Positions 30,555 through 41,331 of a stretch of DNA of 64,000 nucleotides are shown piece after piece. The position numbers and the translations under genes are program-made. This stretch comes from Minisyncoccota bacterium. GTDB lineage: Bacteria > Patescibacteriota > Minisyncoccia > UBA6257 > GWB1-50-10. Under the pieces are notes generated by a model. The model did no database searches. It had not been told where the DNA came from and worked only from the letters and a program-made list of their open reading frames with translations. The stretch is taken from positions 306,582 through 370,581 of the forward strand of contig JAYRXE010000037.1 in the NCBI GenBank assembly GCA_041917695.1, in the 5' to 3' direction. The number at the start of each line of letters is the position of its first letter. Positions within the stretch are counted from its first letter, which is position 1.

Positions 30555-30893
30555 TTAGTAGCTGTCGCGACGGCCGTAACCGTTGCCACCGCCAAAGCCT
30601 CCGCGAGAACCACCGCCAAAATTCGAGCGGCGAGGGCGATCATTCGACATCGGCTTCGCCTCATTCACGATGAGTTTCCGCCCGCCGAATTCCTTGCCGT
30701 CAAACTGCTCAATCATGCGGTTCATATCCTCTTCGCTCTCGACTTCCACGAAGCCGAAGCCGCGAGAGCGACCCGACATGCGATCAATAATGATCGACGC
30801 CGAGGAGACCTCACCAGCCTGCGCGAAGTGGTTCTTGAGCTCTTCTTCGGTGGTGCTGTAGGGCAAGCCGCCGACGTAGAGTTTCTTAGCCAT
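30555..30893 (-). CDS. RRM RNA-binding protein with Gly-rich tail
   Basis: LYVGGL (RNP2), RGFGFVE (RNP1). Confidence 0.93.
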   Translation of the reverse strand: MAKKLYVGGLPYSTTEEELKNHFAQAGEVSSASIIIDRMSGRSRGFGFVEVESEEDMNRMIEQFDGKEFGGRKLIVNEAKPMSNDRPRRSNFGGGSRGGFGGGNGYGRRDSY

Positions 30894-31099
30894 TGATTTT
30901 GTAGGAACTTGTAAGTCGACTCTCTTCTTCGCTTTTCTTTAGACTCACCGTCCTCCAAAACCTCAGAAGAACCTTACCTTTCCAGTATACCTTATCGGTG
31001 ACGGAACGTCAACTTAGACAGTATGTTGACCATTTGGTCAAGAGCGTGTTTACTAAGCGGTAGCTATTAATAAAAAACCAATATGAAAGGAATACGCGA

Positions 31100-31510
31100 A
31101 TGGCAAAACAGAAACCAAAACCCACCGAGTACCGCATTGAGATAAAAAACGAAGAAACGAACGCTAAATTCTTCGATCTTCTGAAGGCGCGAAACGAAAC
31201 GCTTCCGGAGGAAGTTGAAAAAAACCCGAAGGGAAGCGGCGGTGAGAATACGCCCAATTTTCCCATCTCAATCGGCGTGAAGGAATATATCGAAAAGTCG
31301 CCTTCGTTCGGCGTTTCCGGCGAGGATTACGTAATTTATACGAGTCCCAACAGAAACCTGCGCAAGGCAGCAAAGAAAAGAAAATCCTCCCCGCTGACCA
31401 AGGATCTTTCCCCGGAAACGAAACGGAAACGCTTTGATAAGCACAAGAAGAAATTCGATACCCGGAATGCCGTGGGTCACCATACCGATGCGCTGGTAAG
31501 CGAAAAATAA
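31100..31510 (+). CDS. Hypothetical basic protein, accessory module
   Basis: TTGACC 31026, AG 31062, AAAGGA SD, hairpin 31513-31535. Confidence 0.7.
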   Translation: MAKQKPKPTEYRIEIKNEETNAKFFDLLKARNETLPEEVEKNPKGSGGENTPNFPISIGVKEYIEKSPSFGVSGEDYVIYTSPNRNLRKAAKKRKSSPLTKDLSPETKRKRFDKHKKKFDTRNAVGHHTDALVSEK

Positions 31511-31538
31511 AGAAAACCCCCGAAAGGGGGTTTTGTTT

Positions 31539-32270
31539 TCAAGCTGCAAGAACTTGGTCTTCAAGGTAGGCAAGAAGCTCTTCCTTTTTTTTCTCTTTTA
31601 ATTTCTTATCCACCATAAAAGGCCGTCCGAATGAGATTTTCATTTGTTTCCACAGGTGGGGAACCTTCCTGCCAACGGGAAGGATTTCTTCGGCGCCGTC
31701 CACCCACAGCGGCAACACGATAAACGGTCTTTTGGTTTTCTTTACGATAAAAGCGATGCCGTCTTGGAATTTCCGAATACGTCTCTTGCCGCGTATGCGC
31801 AGTTTTTCCACGTCCGTTTCCTTTCCCGTGCGCCCTCCTTCGGCGAAGAAGAGGCAGGTGTTTCCATTATCAATTTTTTTCACCAGGGTGAGGATGGCTT
31901 CGCCGCTTTTTCGCGCGTTGTCGCGGGGAATCGGTACCGTCGGTACGATTCTCATGAAGAGGCGCACAAGGGCCTTGAAGATTTTGCCAAAGAGGCCGGC
32001 ATCCATGAAATTCTTTTCATCGGGGGTGGAAATGGGAACGAGGGATGGGCGAACCAGGAAGCGAGGCCACAGCAAGGAAGGCACTGCGAGGGTTTCGAAA
32101 AGCGAGGGATGGTTGCAAATGATGACCAGTCCCGTGTTTTCGCGTATCTTGGCGTTTAGCGCTATTTCTTTGTTCCTTTCCCTGAATACGCGGATGCGGC
32201 GGGTTTTACGCAATAATTCTTTAAATCCTCCCAGTATTGCGGAGGCAAGAAAGAAAGCGAGTTGTCTCAT
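31539..32270 (-). CDS. Lysophospholipid acyltransferase (PlsC family), accessory module
   Basis: NHPSLFE and FAEGGR motifs; TTGATA-17-TTTAAT-6-AG, AAGGAG SD. Confidence 0.85.
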   Translation of the reverse strand: MRQLAFFLASAILGGFKELLRKTRRIRVFRERNKEIALNAKIRENTGLVIICNHPSLFETLAVPSLLWPRFLVRPSLVPISTPDEKNFMDAGLFGKIFKALVRLFMRIVPTVPIPRDNARKSGEAILTLVKKIDNGNTCLFFAEGGRTGKETDVEKLRIRGKRRIRKFQDGIAFIVKKTKRPFIVLPLWVDGAEEILPVGRKVPHLWKQMKISFGRPFMVDKKLKEKKKEELLAYLEDQVLAA

Positions 32271-32388
32271 TACTGTCTCCTTTTTAAATTGAACTGCTCA
32301 GATTAAACAAAAAAATGAGGCGCCTATCAAGTTTTCATTGAAAAGGCCGGGAAAGCACGATATAGTTTGAAGCGAAGAGAACCACTCC

Positions 32389-32883
32389 ATGGCCGACAAA
32401 CGCAAACAACCGAAAAAGAGGAAAAAGAAGGAGGCGCTGTCTTATCGCGTCACGTCATGGATAGGCACGCCCGCATCGCTTGCCGTACACACCTTATTTT
32501 TTGCCACCTGCATCGGATTGGTTTTTTTGGGCTTTGAGGCTGACCAGGTGATGCTGGTACTCACGACCATCGTTTCGCTCGAGGCCATCTATCTTTCTAT
32601 CCTCATCCAAATGTCGGTGAATCGGAGCATGGAGAGCTTGCGCGAGGTCGAAGAAGATATCGAGGAGATCCAGGAAGACGTCGAAGAGCTTACGGAAGAC
32701 ATCGGCGAAATCCAGGAAGACGTCGAAGAGCTTACGGAAGAGCGCATAGAAGAGTTGAAGCGGGAGTCCGCAAAGAAGAATCGTTCGCCGATTGCCGCTG
32801 CGGGACATGAAATCGGGAAAGTGTTGAGCGATTTGAATCCGCTTCGTCCGCGCAAACGGAAACCTGCGGGAGTCCGCAAATAA
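32389..32883 (+). CDS. DUF1003-like membrane protein with acidic heptad repeats
   Basis: WIGTPASL..LTTIVSLEAIYLSILIQMSVNR. Confidence 0.7.
   Translation: MADKRKQPKKRKKKEALSYRVTSWIGTPASLAVHTLFFATCIGLVFLGFEADQVMLVLTTIVSLEAIYLSILIQMSVNRSMESLREVEEDIEEIQEDVEELTEDIGEIQEDVEELTEERIEELKRESAKKNRSPIAAAGHEIGKVLSDLNPLRPRKRKPAGVRK
32653..32736 (+). repeat. 42-bp in-frame tandem repeat x2
   Basis: ATCCAGGAAGACGTCGAAGAGCTTACGGAAGA repeated (EDIxEIQEDVEELT). Confidence 0.85.
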
Positions 32884-32886
32884 TAA

Positions 32887-34593
32887 ATGCAGCGAGAAGT
32901 AGACATCATCAAGGAGAAAGTAGACGTCGCCGACCTTATCCGTTCGTATATCCAACTTTCCCCCGCAGGCCGCAGCCTGAAGGGCTTGTGCCCGTTTCAC
33001 GGGGAAAAAACCCCCTCGTTCATCGTTTCGCCCGATAAAAAGATATGGCACTGCTTCGGATGCGGCGAAGGGGGCGATGTATTGAGCTTTGTGATGAAGT
33101 ACGAGCACGTGGAATTTCCCGAAGCTCTCCGCATGCTTGCCGAGCGCGCGGGAATTCCGATGCGCAACATCAGTCCTACGCAGGAACGCGAGTTCGGCGT
33201 GCTCTACGACCTTCACGAAGCGGCCGCCGTCTTCTTCGAGGAAAAGCTCACGGCGCACGCTCATGCGCGGGCGTATCTGCTTTCCCGGGGAATTTCCGAA
33301 GAAACCATCCGCGAGTTCCGCCTCGGTTATGATCCGGTGGGGGATTCCTTGGCGCTCCACCTCATGGGGAAGAATTTTGACATCAGGGAGATTACGCGGG
33401 CGGGTTTGGTGCAAAAAGTGCGCGGACTAAACCGCGATCGCTTCGAGGGAAGAATCATCTTTCCGCTTATGAACTCATTCGGTAAGGTCGTGGCGTTTGC
33501 CGGACGCGCCTTTGACGACGTGCCGGGCATTAAAAAGGAGGATATGGCGAAATATCTGAACTCCTCGGAAACGCCCATCTTCAACAAGTCAAAAACACTC
33601 TACGGATTTTACAAATCGAAGGGTTTTATTTCGGAGTCCCGCACCGCGTTCCTCGTCGAAGGGTATATGGATTTTTTGATGGCATGGCAGACCGGCGTGC
33701 AAAACGCCGTTGCCGTTTCCGGCACGGCCATCACCCGGGAGTACTTGGAGCGCCTGCGCCGGTTTGCGGACAGCCTTATCGTAAGCTTCGACAACGACGC
33801 TGCGGGATTCCGCGCGCTGGAGCGCTCGATGGATATGTTCCATGAATTCGATTTTCACGTGAAGGCGGTCTCCCTGGGAATCTACAAGGACCCCGGCGAG
33901 GCGGGGGAGAAAGACGCCGAGTTTCTCAAGCGGGCCGTCGAAACCGCAAAACCGGCATTTGAGTATCTCTTCAAACGGTATTTTGAAAGCGACGATATTT
34001 TGGATATTGCCCAGAAAAAAAGAGTGATTTCGCATTTCGTACGCCGACTCGCCGTCCTCAAGAGTCCCGTCGAGCAGGGAATATGGGCGAAGGCCCTTGC
34101 AAAGCGGGCGGATATCGACGAATCGGTTATCCTTGAGGAGCTTCAGGCGCTCCGGACGGGGAAAGCCCCCCAAAAGGCCGGAGAACCCTCCAAAACGCCC
34201 CCCTCGCGGAGCGAGGTCCTTGCAGAGAGGCTTTTGACGCTCGGGTTTGCAGAACCCGACTTTTGGGCTACAATAAGCCGGCAAAAAGAGCTTTTCCCTG
34301 AAAAGTTCCGTTCGCTCATAGATTCTCCCGACGACGAACGGAACGAGCTCATCCGCATGCGGGGAGCGTATGAATTCCAGGGAAAATCGAAGGCCGAGCT
34401 CAAGGCCGAATTCGAGGAAATGCTTGCCTACCTCGAGCTTGAGTCGCTCCAGCGGGAGCAGGAAGTCATCCGCCGCCGGATGCGCGGGGCGGAAGACGAC
34501 GATGCTGAGCACGCACGGCTCATGCGCGCCTTCCAGGAGACCGCGAAGCGCATCAACGACTTAAAACGTCCGAAAAATACGTTGCGCAAATAA
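32887..34593 (+). CDS. dnaG: DNA primase
   Basis: CPFH..WHCFGC, DRFEGRIIFP, KYLNSSET, VEGYMD, FDND. Confidence 0.97.
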   Translation: MQREVDIIKEKVDVADLIRSYIQLSPAGRSLKGLCPFHGEKTPSFIVSPDKKIWHCFGCGEGGDVLSFVMKYEHVEFPEALRMLAERAGIPMRNISPTQEREFGVLYDLHEAAAVFFEEKLTAHAHARAYLLSRGISEETIREFRLGYDPVGDSLALHLMGKNFDIREITRAGLVQKVRGLNRDRFEGRIIFPLMNSFGKVVAFAGRAFDDVPGIKKEDMAKYLNSSETPIFNKSKTLYGFYKSKGFISESRTAFLVEGYMDFLMAWQTGVQNAVAVSGTAITREYLERLRRFADSLIVSFDNDAAGFRALERSMDMFHEFDFHVKAVSLGIYKDPGEAGEKDAEFLKRAVETAKPAFEYLFKRYFESDDILDIAQKKRVISHFVRRLAVLKSPVEQGIWAKALAKRADIDESVILEELQALRTGKAPQKAGEPSKTPPSRSEVLAERLLTLGFAEPDFWATISRQKELFPEKFRSLIDSPDDERNELIRMRGAYEFQGKSKAELKAEFEEMLAYLELESLQREQEVIRRRMRGAEDDDAEHARLMRAFQETAKRINDLKRPKNTLRK

Positions 34594-34596
34594 TAC

Positions 34597-35841
34597 ATGA
34601 AGAAAAAAAATAAGACCGTCAAAAAAAAGAAGCCGGTGGTGAAGAAGGCTGTCGCAAAGAAAAAGAAGGTTCTCAAGAAACCTGCCGTAAAAAAGAGGGG
34701 AATAAAAAAGAAAGCATCGCCCGCGCCCGCAAAAAAAGGAAAGGCGAAAAAGCCGTTTGAAGTCCCCGAGGAGTACCAGAAGGGACTTCAGGAGATCGTT
34801 GCCCGCGGCCGCTCGCGCGGATTCGTCACAGACGCCGAAGTGCTGAATTTCTTTCCGGCTATCGAAAAAACACTTCCGTTCCTCGAAGAGGTTTACGACA
34901 AACTTGAAAAGGAAGGCATCAAGATAAAGTCCGCCGCGACCTCGCTCGTCAAAGGCGAGCGGGACGAAATCACCGCGTCGGAATTGAAAGACGCCACCCG
35001 CATCGATACGAACCTTCCGGACGCGGTGCAGATGTACTTGAAGGAAATCGGCCGTACGCCGCTCTTGAACCAAAAGGAGGAGAAGGAGCTCGCCAAGCGC
35101 ATCGAAGCGGGAGATGAAATGTCACGCAAGAAACTCATCCAGGCGAACCTTCGTCTCGTGGTTTCGATTGCCAAGCGCTACGTGAACCGTTCGCCCCACC
35201 TTTCGATACTCGATCTCATCCAGGAGGGCAATATCGGCCTTTCCCGCGCCGTCGATAAGTTCGATTACAAGAAGGGCTTCAAATTCTCGACCTACGCAAC
35301 GTGGTGGATCCGCCAGGCGATTACCCGCGCCCTTGCGGACTACTCGCGCACCATCCGCATTCCGGTGCACATGGTTGAGACCATCACAAAATTCACGCAG
35401 GTGAAGCGTCGGTTGATGCAGGAACTCGGGCGGGAGCCACTTCCAGAGGAGATCGCGAACGAGATGAATATGTCCATCGACAAGATCCACTACATTCAAA
35501 AGATCTCGCAGGAAGTCATCTCGCTTGAAGCTCCGGTAGGCGATGACGACGAGGATTCGATGCTTTCGGATTTCATCAAGGACGAACAGAGCCTTACGCC
35601 TGACCAGCTCGCCTCGAACGCGCTTCTCAGGGATTACATCAAGGAAGTGATCGTCGACCTCTCGGAGCGCGAGCAGAAGATCCTTTCAATGCGTTTCGGA
35701 CTCGACGATAACATCGCCCACACGCTTGAGGAGGTCGGCAAAGTGTTCGGCGTCACGCGCGAACGCATCCGCCAAATTGAGGCGAAGGCGCTCGAAAAGA
35801 TCCGCCAGCATCCGAAGATCAAAAAGCTCGAAGGCTACTAA
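34597..35841 (+). CDS. rpoD: Primary sigma-70 factor with Lys-rich N-terminal extension
   Basis: [34 protein letters not shown]. Confidence 0.97.
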   Translation: MKKKNKTVKKKKPVVKKAVAKKKKVLKKPAVKKRGIKKKASPAPAKKGKAKKPFEVPEEYQKGLQEIVARGRSRGFVTDAEVLNFFPAIEKTLPFLEEVYDKLEKEGIKIKSAATSLVKGERDEITASELKDATRIDTNLPDAVQMYLKEIGRTPLLNQKEEKELAKRIEAGDEMSRKKLIQANLRLVVSIAKRYVNRSPHLSILDLIQEGNIGLSRAVDKFDYKKGFKFSTYATWWIRQAITRALADYSRTIRIPVHMVETITKFTQVKRRLMQELGREPLPEEIANEMNMSIDKIHYIQKISQEVISLEAPVGDDDEDSMLSDFIKDEQSLTPDQLASNALLRDYIKEVIVDLSEREQKILSMRFGLDDNIAHTLEEVGKVFGVTRERIRQIEAKALEKIRQHPKIKKLEGY

Positions 35842-35859
35842 TACACCGTATTTGAAGAG

Positions 35860-37614
35860 ATGCGTTCCCAGGAAATCAGAGAAAAATTTTTGGGTTTCAT
35901 GAAGGCACGGGGCCACGCTATCGTGCCTTCTTCGTCGCTTATTCCGGAGGACCCGTCGGTGCTTTTTACGACCGCGGGCATGCAACAGTTCAAGAAGTAT
36001 TTCACTGGCGAACTCGAACCGGTAAAGGACTTCGGTTCAAAAAGCGTCGCCTCCGTACAGAAATGCTTCCGCACCTCGGATATCGACGAGGTGGGGGACG
36101 ATACGCATCTCACGTTTTTCGAGATGCTGGGAAATTTTTCCTTCGGGGGGTATTGGAAGGAAGAAGCGATCAAACTTGCGCATGAGTTCATCGCGAAGGA
36201 AATGGGTCTCGCAATTGATTATGTGACCTATTTCGACCCCGAAAAGGTCCCTGCGGGCGATTGGCGGAAGGGCGTGCCGAAGGATGAGGAATCGCCGAAA
36301 GTGTGGAAAGAGCTTGGCATAACGGACATACGCCCGGATGGCGTAGACGTTTTTTGGGGTCCGACGGGAAATGAAGGTCCCTGCGGGCCGACGACGGAGA
36401 TCTACGTGAATGGCGTGGAGGTTTGGAATATCGTCTTCAACGAATTCTATCGCGACAAGGAAAACAATCTTAAGCCCTTAGAAATAAAAGGCGTCGATAC
36501 GGGTATGGGTCTTGAGCGCCTTACGGTCATGGTGCAGAAAGTTGAGAATGTCTATGAAACGGATGAATTAAATCGCATTATGGCTTCTATTCCTTCCCAA
36601 GTTGAAGCATTTTCCGCCGATGGGGATAAGTTCCCGTTAACTATTGATAAAAAAACACGGAGAATCATCTCAGATCATGCTCGGGGCATTGCATTTCTCT
36701 TAAATGATGGAGTGCTTCCTTCAAATAAAGATGCTGGCTATGTATTGCGTCGACTTATGAGGCGATATATTTTCCGCTTGTATGGAGTAGGAAGTTTTGA
36801 TTCTGCCCTCAATGAAGTTTTAGCTATTTATAAGGAATTAGACGGCGGAAAGATAAGAACTGTCTTTGAGGATGAGTTAGCGAAATTCCTGAAAACGCTC
36901 ACCGTAGGATTAGGAGAACTCTACAAAATGGATCGGGTGACAGTTTTAGATGCGTTCATGCTATTCCAGAGTTACGGCCTTCCATACGAAGTGATAAAAG
37001 ATTACGCAAAGGAGAAGGCGCAATTCACGCGCGAAAGTTTTGACGCTGAGTTTGCCAAACACCAGGAGATTTCCCGCGCCGGCGCCGAAAAGAAATTCGG
37101 CGGACACGGCCTTTTACTCGATACGGGGGAATTGAAGGCCTCAAACGAGGACGAGCTTAAAAAAGTTCTCGCGCTTCACACGGCAACCCACTTGCTCCAC
37201 CAGGCGCTCCGCGAGACCCTGGGAAACGAGGTGAGCCAAAAAGGATCCGATATCACCGCGGAGCGGGCGCGATTTGATTTCTCGTTCCCGCGGAAATTGA
37301 CTCCTGAAGAGGTAAAGGCCGTCGAGGAGAAGGTGAATGCAAAGATTCGGGAGAATTTGACGGTCTCCTGCGAAGAGATGCCGAAGGCCGAGGCGGAAAA
37401 GACCGGAGCGCTCCATTTTTTCAACGGGAAATATCCGGATATGGTGAAGGTCTATTCGATTTCGCCGGATGGCACGCAGGGAAATGCCTGGAGCAAGGAA
37501 TTTTGCAACGGTCCCCATGTTTCCCATACGGGCGAGATCGGCGGAATCAAGATCGTAAAGGAAGAGGCGGTGTCATCCGGCACCCGGCGTATCCGTTTTA
37601 CCCTTAGCGGGTGA
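35860..37614 (+). CDS. alaS: Alanine--tRNA ligase (no C-Ala domain)
   Basis: FTTAGMQ, HLTFFEMLGN, DTGMGLER, HTATH, editing CNGPH. Confidence 0.96.
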   Translation: MRSQEIREKFLGFMKARGHAIVPSSSLIPEDPSVLFTTAGMQQFKKYFTGELEPVKDFGSKSVASVQKCFRTSDIDEVGDDTHLTFFEMLGNFSFGGYWKEEAIKLAHEFIAKEMGLAIDYVTYFDPEKVPAGDWRKGVPKDEESPKVWKELGITDIRPDGVDVFWGPTGNEGPCGPTTEIYVNGVEVWNIVFNEFYRDKENNLKPLEIKGVDTGMGLERLTVMVQKVENVYETDELNRIMASIPSQVEAFSADGDKFPLTIDKKTRRIISDHARGIAFLLNDGVLPSNKDAGYVLRRLMRRYIFRLYGVGSFDSALNEVLAIYKELDGGKIRTVFEDELAKFLKTLTVGLGELYKMDRVTVLDAFMLFQSYGLPYEVIKDYAKEKAQFTRESFDAEFAKHQEISRAGAEKKFGGHGLLLDTGELKASNEDELKKVLALHTATHLLHQALRETLGNEVSQKGSDITAERARFDFSFPRKLTPEEVKAVEEKVNAKIRENLTVSCEEMPKAEAEKTGALHFFNGKYPDMVKVYSISPDGTQGNAWSKEFCNGPHVSHTGEIGGIKIVKEEAVSSGTRRIRFTLSG

Positions 37615-37637
37615 AAACCGTGGTATAATGGGACCCT

Positions 37638-39314
37638 ATGGCAGTCAAAAAAGAGAAAAAGATATTTCTTGAGATTTCCGATACGCTGGAAGAAGTATTG
37701 GAAAAGGTTGAAGACAGCTCCGCGGACAAGCTCGTCCTAAATGTCCCGAAGGGTTCGGCAATCGCCGATTCGGCGGACAACTTCGAGATACTGAAGGAAA
37801 AAGCGCGAATCGTCGGAAAAGAGATTTCCATCGAATCCGTTGACGACGAGATTGTGGCGCTCGCCGAGCAGGCGGACCTTTCCGCAAACGGCACGGGCCA
37901 CAAGGCCCGCGAAAGGGCTTTTTCGGATATTGTCGCGTCGCGCCCCAAGCGCCGCTTGCGCATCGAGGAAAAGCAGCGCGCGCATCTTGCGGAAGCTGAG
38001 ATCCTGGAAGAAAAACCGAAGCCCGTCGAGTTCGATGCAGACGCCGAAGACGAACGCCGCGACAAGGCGGAAAAGATCTTCGAGACCATCCAGGCGAAGA
38101 AGAAGCACGAGGAAAAGAATGTCCATGCCCGCTTCGAACGGCATGAGGAGCGGAAAGCCAAGGGAAATAAGGCCAAGCGGTACGTCCTTCTCGCCATTCT
38201 CATCCTTCTCCTTGCCGGGGGCGGTTTTGCCGCGGCATATGTCCTTCCGGAGGCGAATGTGGAGCTCACCATGAAACGCGCCGAAAAGGAATTCGCGGAG
38301 AACGTGCTGATTTCCATCAATGAAACCGCGCCGAAGATCGAGGGCGGCCGCATTATTCTCCCCGGCGAAGTGCTTTCCGCCGTAAAGAACACGCAAGTTG
38401 AAATAGCGGCCCAGGGGAAAGCGAATGTGGAGGAGAAAGCGAAAGGCAAACTCACCATTTACAATAATTTTGACGGCAAACCGCAACAGCTTGTTGCGAC
38501 GACCCGTTTCGAGTCGCCCGATGGGAAGATTTTCAGGCTCGTAAGTGCCGTTACGGTGCCGGGAGCGAAGATTGAAGGAGGGAAAGTGGCGTCTCCCTCG
38601 TCCGTCGAGGCGGATGTCGTCGCCGACCAGGCGGGAGCAGGGTACAACGTTTCGGCCCAAAAGAACTGGCGCATCCCCGGTTTTAAGGGAACGCCCCGCT
38701 ATGACGGATTCACCGCAGAGAACAAATCGGCGATGAGCGGAGGATTTTCGGGGGAGCGGCCGCAAGCTACGGAAGCTGACCGGGCGGCGGGGGAAGCGAA
38801 GCTAAAAAATACGCTGGAGTCCGCCCTCACCGCGCAGATGAACATCCTTCTTACGGACAAATTTACCCTCATTCCGGGCGCGTCGGTCTTTGAAGTCACG
38901 AAGACGGAACTCCAGTCCGATTCGTCCCGCCAGAATATCGCGCTTCTCTATGGCGAGGCTGATATGAAGAAGATGGTATTCGTCGAAGATATGCTCAAAG
39001 TCGCCCTCGCGGAACGGTTCGGGGGAGACTTGCCTGAAAAGGCGAAAGTCGAATCTTTCACGGCAACATATGGCGAACCCCAGATAGACTGGGCGGCGGG
39101 AACCATGCAAATCCAAATCAGCGGGAAGGCCGTTTTCATCCCCGACATCGATACCGGAAAGATCGTCGAGGATATCAAGGGGAAGGACGAAAACGAATTG
39201 AAGGATTATGTCTTTGCGCTTCCCGGACTTGAGAACGCCCGCGTTTCGCTGTGGCCGTTTTGGGTGAAGGCGGTGCCGAAGAATTCGAACCGAATTGACG
39301 TATCGGCAAAATAA
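37638..39314 (+). CDS. Single-TM protein with baseplate-J-like extracellular domain
   Basis: KAKGKLTIYN..LVATTRFESPDGKIFR..AGAGYNV..MSGGFSG. Confidence 0.65.
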   Translation: MAVKKEKKIFLEISDTLEEVLEKVEDSSADKLVLNVPKGSAIADSADNFEILKEKARIVGKEISIESVDDEIVALAEQADLSANGTGHKARERAFSDIVASRPKRRLRIEEKQRAHLAEAEILEEKPKPVEFDADAEDERRDKAEKIFETIQAKKKHEEKNVHARFERHEERKAKGNKAKRYVLLAILILLLAGGGFAAAYVLPEANVELTMKRAEKEFAENVLISINETAPKIEGGRIILPGEVLSAVKNTQVEIAAQGKANVEEKAKGKLTIYNNFDGKPQQLVATTRFESPDGKIFRLVSAVTVPGAKIEGGKVASPSSVEADVVADQAGAGYNVSAQKNWRIPGFKGTPRYDGFTAENKSAMSGGFSGERPQATEADRAAGEAKLKNTLESALTAQMNILLTDKFTLIPGASVFEVTKTELQSDSSRQNIALLYGEADMKKMVFVEDMLKVALAERFGGDLPEKAKVESFTATYGEPQIDWAAGTMQIQISGKAVFIPDIDTGKIVEDIKGKDENELKDYVFALPGLENARVSLWPFWVKAVPKNSNRIDVSAK

Positions 39315-39331
39315 CAGAAAGTTAATTGACT

Positions 39332-40534
39332 ATGGAACAAAAGAAAACATACAAATATCTCTCCATCTTCGCGGCGGTCATCCTCGCCGCGGGGCTTTTC
39401 TATACCGGCTTCCGGGCCGGCGCGCTTTCGCGCATGCCCCAGACCGCCGAAGCGGTAACCCAGAATCCCGATTTCGCTTTTTTCTGGGACGTGGTGAATT
39501 TGGTCCGCGAGAAGCACGTGAACGGGGCGGACTTGAATGACGAGAAAGTGCTTGAAGGCGCAATTCACGGCGCCATCGAAGAACTCGACGACCCCTACAG
39601 CGAATACTTCAATCCCGTCGAAGCGAAGAAATTCAACGAAGACCTGAGTGGCGTATTCGGCGGCATCGGCGCTGAAATCGGAATTCGGGACGACCAACTC
39701 ACCGTCATCGCGCCCTTAAAGGGAAATCCGGCTGAGAAGGCTGGGCTTAAGGCAAGCGACAAAGTTATTGAAATCGATGCCACTTCTACGCGCGGTATGG
39801 ATATCGACATGGCCATCAAGCTTATCCGGGGTGCTCCGGGAACCACGGTGAAACTGAAGATTATGCGGGACGGCTTCAAAGAACCGAAGGAGTTCACCGT
39901 TACCCGCGCCATCGTGAATGTTCCGACGCTTGATTGGGAAATGAAACCGGGAGGCATCGCGTATTTCAAGCTCTATAACTTCAATGCGAATCTCCTGCCC
40001 GCGTGGAACGTAGCGGCGGCCCAGGCGTTGCTGAAGAGCCCGAAGGGCATCGTGGTGGACGTTCGCAACAATCCGGGAGGATTCCTCGACGTTTCGACGG
40101 CGATCACCGGCTGGTTTGCGAAGCGCGGCGAGGTGGTAGTTCGCGAAAAACTGCGGGGCGGGGACGAGGAACGCATCTATGCGAACGGTAATGAGGCCTT
40201 TTCCCGCATTCCGGTTGTTGTCCTCGTAAACGAGGGTTCGGCTTCCGCTTCGGAAATTCTCGCGGGAGCCTTGAAGGATCTTCGGGGGGCGAAAGTCATC
40301 GGTATAAAGAGTTTCGGGAAGGGAAGCGTCCAGGAGGTAGAAACGCTTTCGACGGGCGCAATGCTCAAGGTTTCCATCGCCGAGTGGCTCACGCCGAACG
40401 GCAGCTCCATCAATAAGAAAGGCATCTCGCCTGACTATGAGGTAAGGCTTACGGAGGACGACGTAAAGAAGAACAAGGATCCCCAGCTCCAGAAAGCCCT
40501 TGAGGTATTGAACGGGCTTTTGAAGAAAAAATAA
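39332..40534 (+). CDS. S41 C-terminal processing protease (PDZ)
   Basis: DVRNNPGG, GSASASEI, FGKGSVQ. Confidence 0.93.
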   Translation: MEQKKTYKYLSIFAAVILAAGLFYTGFRAGALSRMPQTAEAVTQNPDFAFFWDVVNLVREKHVNGADLNDEKVLEGAIHGAIEELDDPYSEYFNPVEAKKFNEDLSGVFGGIGAEIGIRDDQLTVIAPLKGNPAEKAGLKASDKVIEIDATSTRGMDIDMAIKLIRGAPGTTVKLKIMRDGFKEPKEFTVTRAIVNVPTLDWEMKPGGIAYFKLYNFNANLLPAWNVAAAQALLKSPKGIVVDVRNNPGGFLDVSTAITGWFAKRGEVVVREKLRGGDEERIYANGNEAFSRIPVVVLVNEGSASASEILAGALKDLRGAKVIGIKSFGKGSVQEVETLSTGAMLKVSIAEWLTPNGSSINKKGISPDYEVRLTEDDVKKNKDPQLQKALEVLNGLLKKK

Positions 40535-40535
40535 G

Positions 40536-40967
40536 ATGCGCGTAGTTTTTTTGAAGGACGCGCGGGGAATGGCGAAAAAAGGGGAGATACGGGAGGTATC
40601 CGAAGGATACGCCCGGAATTTCCTTATCCCGAAGGGAATTGCCAAGCTTGCGACGGAATCGATTGTAAAGGAGATTGACCGTGAGAAACGGGAGGGAGAG
40701 GCGCATGCGGCCAAGCTCGACAAAAAGCACGCTGCTCTCGCGGAAAGGCTGAAAACCGAGATATTGGAATTCAGCGGCAAGGCGAACGGTTCGGAGCTTT
40801 TCGGATCAATCGGCGAAAAGGACATCCTTACCGAGCTTCGCCGGCGCGGAGCGGAAAGCGTGAAACTCGCATTGCCCCATCCGCTTAAATCACTCGGGGA
40901 GCATGCGGTAGGAGCTCGCATCGGAAACAGCGAAACGGAAATAAAAATACGCATCACCGGAAAGTGA
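40536..40967 (+). CDS. rplI: 50S ribosomal protein L9
   Basis: GYARNFLIPKG, LFGSIG. Confidence 0.95.
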   Translation: MRVVFLKDARGMAKKGEIREVSEGYARNFLIPKGIAKLATESIVKEIDREKREGEAHAAKLDKKHAALAERLKTEILEFSGKANGSELFGSIGEKDILTELRRRGAESVKLALPHPLKSLGEHAVGARIGNSETEIKIRITGK

Positions 40968-40986
40968 TGCGTATTTTTTAGGAGTC

Positions 40987-41274
40987 TTATTTTTTCGCCG
41001 AGGGAACGAGGGAAACGACTTTGATGCTGCGCTTTTGGCCGTTAAAGCCGGTTTTTTGCGTTGTCGAAAAGTTTACGACGCCGCCAACCTTCGCGTACAG
41101 GGTGTCGTCTCCTCCCCGGAGAACGTTCTTGCCGGGCATATAACGCGTGCCACGCTGGCGGATGATAATTTCGCCGGCATGCACCGTCTCGCCGTGGTTT
41201 GCCTTCACGCCAAGTCGTTTGGACTCTGACTCTCTGCCTAATTTTGTAGATCCTTTGGCTTTTGTATGTGCCAT
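40987..41274 (-). CDS. rpmA: 50S ribosomal protein L27
   Basis: [23 protein letters not shown]. Confidence 0.97.
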   Translation of the reverse strand: MAHTKAKGSTKLGRESESKRLGVKANHGETVHAGEIIIRQRGTRYMPGKNVLRGGDDTLYAKVGGVVNFSTTQKTGFNGQKRSIKVVSLVPSAKK

Positions 41275-41331
41275 ATGTTTCGCTTAGAAGCTCAAAATGA
41301 TACCCTCATAGTGTAGGAAAAACCTGAATTT

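Noticed and set aside
37638-39314. Contractile injection system from the baseplate-J-like protein
   Set aside because: It is a solitary membrane-anchored gene with no sheath, tube or spike neighbours.
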